NCBI RefSeq assembly: GCF_041146345.1
Contig: NW_027191409.1
Coordinates: forward strand, 496,001 to 560,000
DNA length: 64,000 bases
Origin: Neodothiora populina
Lineage: Eukaryota
Direction of reading: 5' to 3'
The notes under the pieces are model-generated. The model saw only the letters and a list, made by a program, of their open reading frames with translations. It searched no databases and was not told the origin of the DNA. Both the position numbers and the translations under genes were made by a program. Positions 36,435-48,258 of the stretch are shown one piece after another; position 1 is the first letter of the stretch; each line of letters opens with the position of its first letter.

Positions 36435-37192
36435 ATGGCGTCCAAACACGCCCGTCTCGGCGAAGAGTGAGCATGGCCACGGTTTATATCTTGTCCATGA
36501 CCATCTGCTAATTCAAGTATCACCAGAGTATGGAAGTAAGTCGTTGAATGGCTTGCTTGTTCAAACAAATATCGCCCCCCAAGCAGTCGCATTAATACTC
36601 GTCCAGGAGCCGTGTGGAAAAGGTCAACGCCGAACTCGTCACCCTGACCTATGGAACCATCGTCGCGCAGCTATGCAAGGACTACAACAGCGACTATGCA
36701 GAAGTCAACAGACAACTAGACAAAATGGGCTACAACATCGGCATGCGCCTCATCGAGGACTTTCTCGCAAAGTCCAATTCAGGCGCCTGCACCAACCTCC
36801 GCGACACTGCGGAGATGATCTCCAAAGTCGGCTTCAAGATCTTCCTCAACATCACTCCCACCGTCACTGGCTGGGCAGGGGACGGCAAGTCGTTCAATCT
36901 TGTCTTCGATGAGAATCCTCTTGCCGACTTTGTCGAGCTCCCGGACGATGGCAAAGCCCAAGACGAGCTGTGGTACTCGAATATCCTATGTGGTGTCCTA
37001 AGAGGTGCTCTAGAGATGGTGCGTTCAGACTACGAAGAGGCCCGAGTCTCTGAAGCTCATTTGATTGTTCAGGTGCAAATGCAAGTGGACGTACACTTCA
37101 CCAGTGATGTACTCCGCGGTAACGACACCACGGAGATGAGAATTAGTCTCATCAAATTCATCGAGGATGAAATGCCTCCGGATGATGAATGA
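36435..37192 (+). CDS. BET3: TRAPP complex subunit Bet3; exons 36435-36466, 36527-36535, 36607-37018, 37073-37192
   Basis: KVNAELVTLTYGTIVAQLCKD, MGYNIGMRLIEDFLAK, NPLADFVELP, YSNILCGVLRGALEMVQ. Confidence 0.95.
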
Positions 37193-38763
37193 ACACACTC
37201 ACCGAGCAGCAAGCAGACATGGCGCCCAAAGTACATGCGGGTCTTTGCTCGTCGCTTTACACCCGTTCTGAAACATCTACAGCGAGCAAGTCAAGCAGAA
37301 ACCTACCCTGCGACGCGAATGCGCTACATTTTCTACAGTATTTGGTGGATGCACAACAGAGTCGGGCCAGTCGATGAAAAAACAATATCGCAACAAATCA
37401 CACCAGAGGTGAGCGACAGGTAATTCTGATCAGATGCAATTACATGTGCTAAGGTAGTCATTGCTGGCCACGAGCCAGCCAACGATCGTCTTCGCCAAGG
37501 CCGGTCTACCGCACGTGATCGGTAACTAAGGTACTTGTTTGTCTCAAGATTACAAGTGCGCATGGAAGTTTGCGAGATGGGTCGCATAAGCTAAGAGTTG
37601 TCGGAAGTGAGGGGCAAACAAAGAACCGGTAGATGGATCGATCTGATCAGTGAAACGTCACATGAATAGCTCTTTGTGGCTCAGAAAGTATTTTATTAAT
37701 AAATAATAAATAGAAAAGAAGCGGGTGGAAGTGCTGGTTAAAGTGCCTGAGGGAGGGAGAGAGGGGGGGGGGGCATTTGCTGGGATGCAGCGGGAGGGAA
37801 GATGTAGGGAACGTCGAGGGAAGCTTAGCGGTAGGGAGGCGGAGGTGTCTACGTCGATTAGTAGGAGAGCCGGAGGCTGGGCACGCCCCGTGCTCAGGCT
37901 CTTTCCCCCAACTGCTCGGAGGGCACGCCAGTCCAGTTTCCTGACTCCATTAACGCACCTGCCAATCCCGTATGGTTATCACACCCAAACGTGAGCCTTA
38001 TACCACACAACAAATTGATATCTGACGGTGTTTTGGGCCTTTGTCTCTGCGTTGTTGTGCAGTTGTTGTTGATATCTTTCATTATCTGCCGGCTGCGGTC
38101 ACGTGAATGTGAAACACAAGACTGCGCTGCTGTTCTTCTCCTGCCGCTCCCGCATCTTTGGATCGTTTGAATCGAAAACCGAAAACCCCACGACAGGGTC
38201 TCCAGACCTCAGCTCGCTCGCGCCTAGTCTCGACTTGTCCACGTCCACGTCCACCGCTCTCCACCACGCCAACATCGCGCCTCTCTCTGCCGCGAGAGCT
38301 GTTCAAAGTCGGCCAGCAGAATAATCCCGAGTCAGACACTGATCACTGACTGCTCCATCGACGCTTATTATCCTGATCACCCTTCACCCTACACTGACAC
38401 GACGCGCGCAGCCAGGGCGAGCTCTCGTCTCTTCACTCTTCGCTTTCGCACTCGGGAAAGTGAGTGTGTGTGGCCGATACCGCGCTGCTAACCACGGACT
38501 GCCCGACATCAACCATTTCAAGCCGTCCACATCGTCCATCGAGTCTCGCGTCTTCGCATCTCAGCGCGACTGCCTCTTCGTCACTCCCAATTGGCACGAC
38601 TGAACTGCCTCCTGCCGCAACCGGCCGTGTCGCAGTCTAGTCCCCAGTCGTCGTCGTCGTTTTCGTCGTCGTCGTCGTCGTCGTCGTCTCCTGGTCGTCT
38701 CACGGCCTTCTTGTCCGATAGCTTCGAGCCTGAACTGGCCTTGACCGCGATACTCCTTTTGGC

Positions 38764-41274
38764 ATGAGCCAACCGATGAACATGAGCGGCATGGGCGCTC
38801 TGGGTGGTGGCGCTGGCGCTGGCGCTGGCATGGGCGGGCCTAATGCGCCCGGCGGCCAGGCCATGAGCATGAACAGCGCTGGCACTCCTGGCAACGCGCC
38901 TACTGAAAAGGACATCCGCACCAAGTTCCACACCTTCATCTACGACTACTTTGTCAAAACAAATCGTTTCGAACTGGCCCGTGGCATCATGAATACCATG
39001 GAGATCGAGTCCGACAGTCCACAGAAGCCCAGTCCCAACCGAAAAGAAGTCAACGGCATCAACGACGCGGACTCCAAAGAAGACATCAAGAGGCCGGACG
39101 ATCTGCCCGCCGCCCGAGTGCCATCTCCCACCGACAGCCCTTTCATCTATGACTGGTTCTGTCAGTTCTGGGATCTCTATGAGGCTCAGCGAGGCAAGGG
39201 CAGTCCGTCGAGTCGTACCTTCCTGATGGGTTCTCAGGTAAGCGATATGGCGACTTCCAAAAACAAGAAACAAAATCTTGCTGACATATACAACAGCAGC
39301 GGATCATGAACGAGCGACGCATGCGCGCAGACCCCCAGATGCAGGGAGCCATGGGCGGAATGCGCAACGGTATGATGCCTAACGGAATGGCCATGCCGCC
39401 CGACCTTGCCAGAAAGATGATGATGCAAGGTCGCGCCCACCCGTGAGTTGAAAAAGAACTATGCGCCGTTTCGCGCGCCCCCTCGTTCGCTCGTACATGA
39501 CTGACACAGGTCGTAACCCACAGTGCCCAGATGCAGCAATTGCAACAGAATGCGCTTCGACAACAGATGATGCAGCAGACGCAGATGCAGAGAGAGGGCT
39601 CGAATATGGACCTCAACGGACAACAGAGGACCCAGTCGCCCTCGGCGGGAGAGAATGCGCCCTCGCCCAAGCGGCCGCGACTCGAAGGCTCCTTCAACGG
39701 TGCACCGATCGGCCAGATGGGTAGAGGGCAGGCTCAGGGTATGCCGGGACAATCTGTGAGTACTTTTGTGATTCTTCTCCTTCCAAGCCGATCGGCGCAA
39801 ATATGCTGACCTTCCCGTGTAGCAGGTAGAATATGCCCAAGCCGTGCGCCAGAGCATGACGAACACAATGAACTCTAACATGAACAAGGGCATGCCTGGT
39901 AGCGCTCCTGTCATGACGCAGGGCTCACCTGCCATGGATCCGGCCAATGTGAACGTCGAATTCATCAACGGCACCCAGATCCGTCCTGGCGCCGCTACGG
40001 GACCCCAGGCCGGAGGCGCCAACAGCAACAGCAACCACGCGTTACAGGACTACCAGATGCAGCTCATGCTGCTCGAGCAACAGAACAAGAAGCGCCTGCT
40101 CATGGCCCGGCAAGAACAGGACAACATGACCAATGGACCAGGCGGTCCGGGCACCTTCCCGCCAGCCATATCTCCCTCCGGCAGCAGGGCCGGTTTGTCT
40201 CCCAATTCCGCTGACCAGATGAAGCGCGGCACTCCCAAGATGTCACAAGGCGTCGTGCCCTCGCCGACTCCAGACGGCGCCATGGGTCAGGCACGCAACT
40301 CTCCCGGTCCCGCTTTCGATCCTTCGCAGATGAACCCCAATATGCCGCAGAACATGTTCCCTCAGATGAACAAGATGCCCATCGTAGGCCCCAACGGTCA
40401 GATCATCCAGGCGCCCGGCTCGCACCCGGCAATGCCCGGCCCCATGACACCCCAGCAGATGGAAATGTTTGCGCGAGCCAACGGTGGACGACTACCCAAC
40501 GGCTTCATGCCGCAAGGCCCGCCGCCTATGATGCCTGGACAGCAGCCCGGTGGTCCCATGCCACAGCAACAGCAGCAACCCCCTAATATGACTCCTCACC
40601 AACGCAATGCCGCCATGCCCCCACCACCAGCACCTACAGGCGACAACGGCAAAGGCACACAGCCCTCGTCACCGCAACAACAGCCTGCGGCTCCACCTAC
40701 TCCATCTCAGGGCAAGAACAACGCCGCCAAGGGTAAAAAGGACAAATCCAATAAGGTCGGTCGTTCTCGTCGTTGCATATTGCTGGCTCACATACTGACC
40801 GAAACGCTAGAAGGCACCGGCAAAGAAGGGCACCACAGGCGCTACACCCGCATCGGAAGCCGAACAACCACCCACTCCTACTCCAGCTCCACCTATCACT
40901 CCCACATCCACCCAGGCTTTCCCTCCGAAGAACGGACAGCCTGGTCTCCCACAAGCTCAGCAACCACAATCGCAGAACAATCTGCCTCAAAACCAGCCCG
41001 ATCTCTCTGTGGCTGGTGGTCCATTCGGCAATCTCGACGGCAACGACGTGAGTTTTTTTTTTCCTTTCTTGTCTTCATCCCAAAACCCATGACTGATAAA
41101 TTTTCGCAACAGTTCTCGACTATGAGCCTCGATTTCGGCAATCTCGAAGGGCCTGATGTCCTTGACAACTTCGACTTTGATTCCTTCCTCAACCAAGAAG
41201 CCAGCGACGGCAACTTTGGTTTCGATGCGAACATGGGCTTTGACACTGGTCTAGAAGCGGGCGGCGTAGACTGA
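38764..41274 (+). CDS. SOM1: cAMP/PKA-pathway transcriptional regulator Som1/SomA (Flo8-like, LisH/LUFS), five introns
   Basis: N-terminal FHTFIYDYFVK...FIYDWFCQFWDLY; NHALQDYQMQLMLLEQQNKKRLLMARQEQD; C-terminal DVLDNFDFDSFL; Q/P/M-rich. Confidence 0.93.
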
Positions 41275-41939
41275 TCCGCCATCTGAAGACCTGGGACTTT
41301 CGAAGACCATACGGAAAACGGACGAGTATGTTTTCTTCATTTCGGCGTATACTGTGCACTCATACATGTAGCTTGGTCGATCCCGGCCAGACTATTGTCA
41401 CTGCATCTGATCTTTCGCTTCAAAAGAAAAAACAGACGACCCCTTGTTGCACGAAATTTTGAACCACGAGGAGCATCTATACCCAAGTTTGCTGCATATT
41501 TATTACTGCTCACTGATCTATTGCTTTTACACTAAATATCATCTAACCTTCTTTCTCTTCTCTTCAACTTGAACTTCATTTCCACCATACTGGGACTTTT
41601 CCCTTTATCTTCTGCTATTTTTATTCCTGCTGATCGTCTCCTTGCTCTGGGAGAATCGAATCATCAACCACTCTCCTTGTATTAAGACGGCAGACAAGGG
41701 TATTCCAGGAATGACGTTTGCCGAGAGGAGAGGAGTCATGGAGCCTGGTGTCGGGATCCGGACCGGCAGCCTCCTGCGGGGGGCTGGAGGCGATGGTTGA
41801 ACTTTGATCACTACTCTTCTGTAGGAAGGGAACAATGGAAGAAGGGGCAAGTGGAGCAGGCGTTCTTTTTCTGTCTTTATTGTTTTCGGGAGTAATTGGG
41901 GGGCGACGTGCCATGGACCATGTCGGGAGGAAGCAAGGG

Positions 41940-41941
<2 letters not shown>

Positions 41942-41971
<30 letters not shown>
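41942..41971. repeat. (GT)15 microsatellite
   Basis: Direct reading. Confidence 0.9.
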
Positions 41972-41973
<2 letters not shown>

Positions 41974-42935
41974 TGCGAGTATTGCGAAAACAATGAGAGA
42001 CATGTTTGCGTTTCTGTTTTAATTTTCTTTTTCTTTGAATTCCAAAGTGGAACAAAAGCAGCTACTCTGCAAATCAGTCAGTCAGTTAAAGTCGGTCGCG
42101 TCGGTCAGCGAGCCAGTCCTCGGTCCAGTCAGTTATCCGGAAGTGCAGCTATCCAGTTCAGCTCTATTTTCATTCGCCTCTTTTTTCTTCCCCTGAAGAA
42201 TATCATGCCTGTCAGACTGTTAGTTCTCTTTTCCCGTGATTAATGGTAGTAGCGGCTTTTTGGGGCATGTCTTGGACTTGTTTGTCTTCTGCCCCTGCTC
42301 CTGCCTGAACAGGACCAACGAATATGGTTGTCTTGTTACTTCCTTCTCCTCTGTCTTTCTGTGACTTGCTTTTCTCTGACTCTGTGTGCGAAGAACGGGT
42401 GATGGGGTTTTTTTTCATGATGGGTTCTTACTACTTTGAAGTACGAAAGAGTTTGTTTTTAGTCAATGACTTTCCGATGAATTGAAAAGAAGTTCCCTAT
42501 GCTTAAGTAATGAGGTCTTTGTGAACAAGAGATGACTTTCGGTTCAGCAGGTAATGACTTTCTACTTAACATGCAAAGACTGTGTAATAAGCAGTCAATG
42601 AAATTTCGATGAACAGTCGATGAGTCTCTTATGACTACCCTCTGAACAGTCGCTGACTGAAAGCGAGTTCCTTTGTACTTCCCGATCTCCTTGGACATCA
42701 ACATAACCGGCTGAGTAGAAGGAAACAACGTGGCTACGTATGGTAAGGAGACAGGTAGGGTTAAATCAAGCTCAGAAGATGTTATCGTCGTCGTTTCAGA
42801 GGCTAATTAGTCAGCTCGCTGGCGTTTCGGGATATGTCTAGATATCAAGTGACGAATAGTGAGGAAAACGCATAGGATGGCAATTGCTGAACGGTTTCAT
42901 GGTTTGTACCTCGAATCTTGCTACGATTAAAAAAA

Positions 42936-44349
42936 TTATCTAGGCTGGAGCACTTTTTCTTCTTTTCTTTCGCGGTCATGTGTCGTGTCTTGCTGTTGTT
43001 CGGCAGCAGAACCGTGCATATGCACTACTCCTCTCGCCCACGGTATGTCCGTTTGGACTTCGTTGATAGGCTTCGGGTTCTGGCTGCTGAAATTACTATG
43101 GTTGAGTCTGGGTTCGTCGTCGTAACCATCATCTTTGACGTGCCCGTCCCCTTTAATCATCATCATAATGTCGTCGTCGCTATCGCTCTCGCTATCAGAA
43201 CTAATATACTGCTGATCACGACGAATAGCGCTCGACGGCTTCGAAGTCACCGACATGGACGCTGAGCCCGCCGTGGACGGTCTTTTTAGGGAGGGATCCC
43301 TCAACTCAGCCAAGAGCTTTCGCTCCCGCAATAATGCAGACGCAGAAGACGATGAGGGAGGAGAAGACGAAGCCGATGAAGAAGTGGTTTGAGATGATGC
43401 TGCTGCTGCTGCTGCTGCCGGGGGTTGGAAGACATGTTTCGGAGGAGGCGGCATGGAGGGTCGGATATTGTTGACATTCGTTTCTGTTGCAAGAGGTTTG
43501 GTCTTTGCTTTTAGTGGTGATGATCCGTCGTTCAGTCTTCGTCGCTTGGTAGGTCCTCCTGTGCTGTTGGAGGAGCTCGATGAAGTTGACGAAGGTGTGG
43601 CTATGTTGACTGCTGTTGCGGTGGCGACTGATAACAAAAAAAGAAATTAGGATCGAGCTCCTGAACAAAAGGTTGCTCGGTTCGTCAAACTAACCTATTA
43701 CAACCTCGGGGCTGAAATGTCTTCGAGGCAGCGGCTTGATATAAGCAGATGGTCGATAATAAGTCTCCTTTGCAGCAGGTAGTGACTTTCTCGGCAGACC
43801 CTCGTCAACATCGGCGGCCGCTGTTCTTCTTGCACGTCGTTTCTTATAAAGATGAGTATAAGTAGGTCTAGGCCGTCGACCATTACCACGACCTTGCTCA
43901 TCATCACCAGTGGTGGCGATGCCAGAAAACGAGTTCTCACGACTGCGACCATCACTACCTCTACTGCTACTACCACTACTGACGCGACCTCCTCGAGGCG
44001 AATTAGTCAACGACTTAACATTCCGTTTTAACCAGGCAAGTTCGCGATTCCTCCTCGCGAATTCACGATCTTTAATCTTCCGTGCTTGCTCAGCGACCCT
44101 GTCGTGCTTGAACGCCAGATTCTCAAACACCTCGAGGGCGCGCGGCGAGACGTAGTTGAAGATCTCCTCGAGCGTCACGCCGGGTACTTTAACGCTGCCG
44201 ATTTGCACTTCATAGGTCGGCGCGCCCCATTCGGGCGGCGAACGTGAGCATATCGTCGCCGCCGCTAGGGGCGCTTCATCCTCGAGTCGGGTGCGTAAAC
44301 ATGAGGTGGTGGTGTTGACGCCGCCATGTGATGTTTCGGCGAGCGTCAT
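42936..44349 (-). CDS. Low-complexity hypothetical protein; intron 43628-43694
   Basis: Two ORFs joined in frame by a GTTAGT...CTAAT...CAG intron; structured block TYEVQIGSVKVPGVTLEEIFNYVSPRALEVFEN; both ends uncertain. Confidence 0.65.
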
Positions 44350-44631
44350 GAATACCGCTCACTGCCATTGTCCTGTCAATACTTATGAAGTCTGGATTGA
44401 TACAGATAACAACAGGTTTAACATTGTTGTTATAACGACGCGTCGACGCAGCTTTAAGGGCAGGGACCGGGGGGCTGTTTTCCTGCTTGTTCTTGGGCTG
44501 TAGAACGAGAAACGCGACTTACGTGATAGTGAACAAACCTGTTAGATTCAACGATAGGTTCGCAGAGCATTTAACAAGTCGAGAGAGACGAGCTATGGGT
44601 ATAGATTCGATTGACCGTGAGAGAAGATGCT

Positions 44632-44632
44632 G

Positions 44633-44662
<30 letters not shown>
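44632..44662. repeat. (GAA)10 microsatellite
   Basis: Direct reading. Confidence 0.9.
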
Positions 44663-44663
<1 letters not shown>

Positions 44664-45150
44664 GTATTAGTAGAATAATTAAATAAGTCCCAAGTAAGGA
44701 CTATAAGTTAGAGCGCAGATTAGGTTGGGAAGGCAGGGCAGTGCATGCGGCGTCAGCGCAATTTAGTATTTATTTCATCTTTAATGCTTTATATCCACTG
44801 TAATGCGTCTTAGGTCGCTTTTGCTTTACTTTCCAGCAGGTCTTCAACATCTGTATACCTTCTTTAGTGAGAACTAATAGAGATCGATACCAAGAAATGA
44901 TGAATAACACATTGATATGAAGATGTTAACCATTTATCAAGTCAAGGACAGGGTCTCCCTTCATACACCGCCCATGCGACCCTGTCCAGACACCCCGACG
45001 CACGGACCGCGGCGATAAAGCGGGATAAGACAGTCCAAACTTTTGTTGCAAGCAAGCAATTCAATAAATCTACTTTTTCCCTCTCTCTTACAATAACAAC
45101 ATTCTGCACACCACCCAAAGCAGAAACATCATCACATCACACGAGCAAAG

Positions 45151-45981
45151 ATGTCGTCGATGCGCAATGCCGTCCAACGGCGCAACCACAAAGAGCGCGC
45201 CCAGCCCCTGGAGCGTCAGAAATGGGGCATTCTCGAAAAGCACAAGGTAGGATTGAGGATACGAGAGCAATAGATTATCTCTGAAGTGTATGGCTAATTG
45301 GAACATCAGGACTACTCTCTCCGAGCCAAAGACCACAATGAGAAGAAGCGACGGATCAAGCTGCTCAAGCAAAAGGCGGCGGACCGAAACCCAGACGAAT
45401 TCGCCTTTGGGATGATGTCGACGACGACCAAAAACGGCGTCAAGATTACACAGCGCGGCAAGGAGAACGGCAACCCGGGTGTGCTGAGTATGGATGTCGT
45501 CAAGCTGCTCAAGACACAAGACGCTGGTTATCTGACGACGATACTGCAACAAACGAAGCGAGAAAAGGAAAAGGTGCAGAAGGATGTGATGTTGGCTGGT
45601 GTCGGCGTGGACACTGCCCCTGCGAACAAGAAGAAGTCGTTTGATGATGATGGAATGGAGATCAGGGGACCCGTCGAGGACATGGATGCCGACATGGACG
45701 ACGATGACTTTTCCTTTTCCGATTCTGGAGACGAAAGTGCAGGAGATGATGGGGAAGCAGCAGCCGAGCAAGGGCTGACAAAAGAGCAAATTCAAGTCCG
45801 CCGACGGAAGCGTCATGCTCGGGAAGTGCTACAAGGACGTCTGCAAGCCCTAACAGCAAGAGAAAAAGATCTGACTTCGGCTCTGTTCACCTTGGAGAAC
45901 CAGAGGGCCAAGATGAGCAACACGGTCGGCGGCACGAACAAGAACGGAGTCAAGTTCAAGATCAGAGAGAGAAAGCGCTGA
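45151..45981 (+). CDS. UTP11: U3 snoRNP/SSU processome protein Utp11; intron 45247-45309
   Basis: [19 protein letters not shown]...GILEKHKDYSLRA...[10 protein letters not shown]...LLKTQDAGY...KFKIRERKR. Confidence 0.95.
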
Positions 45982-46034
45982 AGTGTATGCACAAGAAGGA
46001 ATAGACTGGCAGAGCTGGTCAGCGGCTGCTGCGC

Positions 46035-46887
46035 CTACATGCGACTCGGCATCCGCATTGCTCCATCTAATCTGACCACCACACCATTCATCATTGGATT
46101 CTCTATTCCGTGTCTGACGAGCTCCGCAAACTCGTCGGGCTTTCCAGCCCTGCGAGGGAACTCCATGACTTTCTCCAGAGACTTTCTAGCTTTGTCGCTC
46201 ATCATCGAAGTCATCCGGGATTCGAAGAGAGAGGGTGCGATGGTGACAACACGGATGCCATATGGCGCCAAGTCGCGGGCCAGGGGCAGGGTCAAAGAGC
46301 GAATCGCGCCTTTGCTTGCGGCGTAGGCGACCTTGTTGTTTCGTGTCAGTATGAAGACGAATACGACAACACCTGCTCGGCAGCACACTCACCTGGCCGG
46401 GCTGACCGTCAAATGCAGCCGAAGATGATACCAAAACAATGACACCACGTTCTCCGTCAGGACCCATAGGTTCAGCGGTAGTCATATGAGGCAGGCATTG
46501 GCGAACCAGATCCAGAGTGCCTCGTAGGTTGACGTTGAGAACAAAGTCAATATCAGACAGAGGAAGGGGCTCGTTTTCGCGGTTTATAATCTTGCCAGGA
46601 TTGCCCACACCGGCAGCACTTATGACACCACCAATGACTTTTTGCGTCTCCGTCGCCCATGCCACAACCGCAGCGACGGCAGCCTCTATGCTTTCGGTCT
46701 CGGTGACATCGGTCTCGAAGAAGCGCGATCGTTCGGTGCCGATCGACTCGCGAGCCTCCTCTCCCGAAGCTTGATCAATGTCCAGCATGGCTATGTATGC
46801 GCCATGTATATAGAGATCGCGAGCCGTAGCTAGACCCAATCCCGACGATGCGCCTGACAGCACGAAGATCTTGTCCTTTATCTGCAT
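46035..46887 (-). CDS. Short-chain dehydrogenase, 3-hydroxyacyl-CoA dehydrogenase type 2 (HSD17B10-like); intron 46332-46392
   Basis: SGASSGLG, GERGVIV, FDGQPGQVAYAASKGA (YxxxK), NGVVVRLDGAMRMP. Confidence 0.92.
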
Positions 46888-47677
46888 TGTGATGACTGTG
46901 GTGTGAAGAAGGGTCTAGATGTAAAACATAGCAAGTAAGATTCAGTTTATCGCTGACATTGTCGAGGTTTGATAGTATATCTGCGTGTAAAGAGTGCATC
47001 AACTTTCACGTGTGAGTGATCGGCGGGGGAGCCAGAAGGTCAAGCTTCTTTCTTTCCTTACGCCTAGGTTACTTCCCCAGATCTTTTCTTCCACACCCGC
47101 ATGAGGAAAGAGTAGGTACCCTAATAATAGTTATAACGACGGTCGGCTATATCTACGCATATATAGGACTTGAGCCTTTGAGAGGAGGGATTTCTGTCTT
47201 TCAGAGGAGATGTATAATTGTGGTTTTTCGGTACAAGAATAGAAGAATAGAATATACACTACACTCCACTTACTCTCATTTCGGATTCGCGGCATATGGA
47301 GGACTCTTTCAGATCTCTTCTGGATTGCCGTAATGGTGAGGAAGGGTAGGGATGAGTCTTGATGACATAACCAATCTCCACCCAGGTTTCACCGTCGATG
47401 GTATGTCGTGTTTTTGAGCTCCCCCGAGATATGGTGATGCAGCAAGACGTATGGGACGTGGAGGCAGGACTTTGACGTGCGTGATTGAGTAAATTTCTCC
47501 GACCAAGCCCTTTTACAATCGAGCTCTTTCCTCATTGTGGCAAGTGACATGGTGTGCCTGCCGTATTCATTCAAGGCCTTGCCCAGGTTCAGCGAATCAT
47601 GTTCTCCTTGGGACGGGTTATCTTTCCATGCTGCTGAACTCCAGAGAAGCCTGACCCGACTGAAACCTCTAGTCCCG

Positions 47678-48258
47678 TCACTTGACATTCGTCTTATCCT
47701 CTTGCTGCTGCTGCTGCTGAAGGTGATGCCTCTGCTTATCCGACGCGACTCTGTTTCCATGCTCGTCCAATCCCCACCACTCGCGATGGAACTTCTCCTG
47801 CTCTTTCCGCTTCTCTTCTTTGGCTTCTCTCTCCTTGCGTCGGACGTCTCGCGTGGCGAACCACTCGTCTCGCGCAGCGTCTTGCTCGGCTTGGTTCGCG
47901 TACTGTAACATACAGGTGTTCATTGCTCTCCGTTGCGGTCGGCATAGGAAGGGGGCGGTGAAGGTTCGGTTGGTGGCGCATGCTGCAAAGTCTTTTTTTC
48001 TTGCTGTTAGTTTCTTATGTCCTTCTTCCTGGTTGTGCATCGCATGAAGCTTCTGATAAATCGTGCAGGGAAGCATTTCATACCTCTGACTTCGTCGGCG
48101 CACTTCGTTCGCACTCGCTTGTAGTATATTTCTCTCACTTGTCCCTCTTGAGTGGCGGATAGCGGTAGCGGTTGCCGCGATGGCTGCAGATCTGGTAGTT
48201 TTTGGGCCGATGCATCCGACATTGGTGGTGTTGTCGACATTGTGGACGATGATGCCAT
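47678..48258 (-). CDS. Cmc1-like twin CX9C cytochrome c oxidase biogenesis protein; intron 47992-48083
   Basis: Spliced KCADEVRDFAAC...LCRPQRRAMNTC gives two CX9C motifs, followed by QDAARDEWF. Confidence 0.85.
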
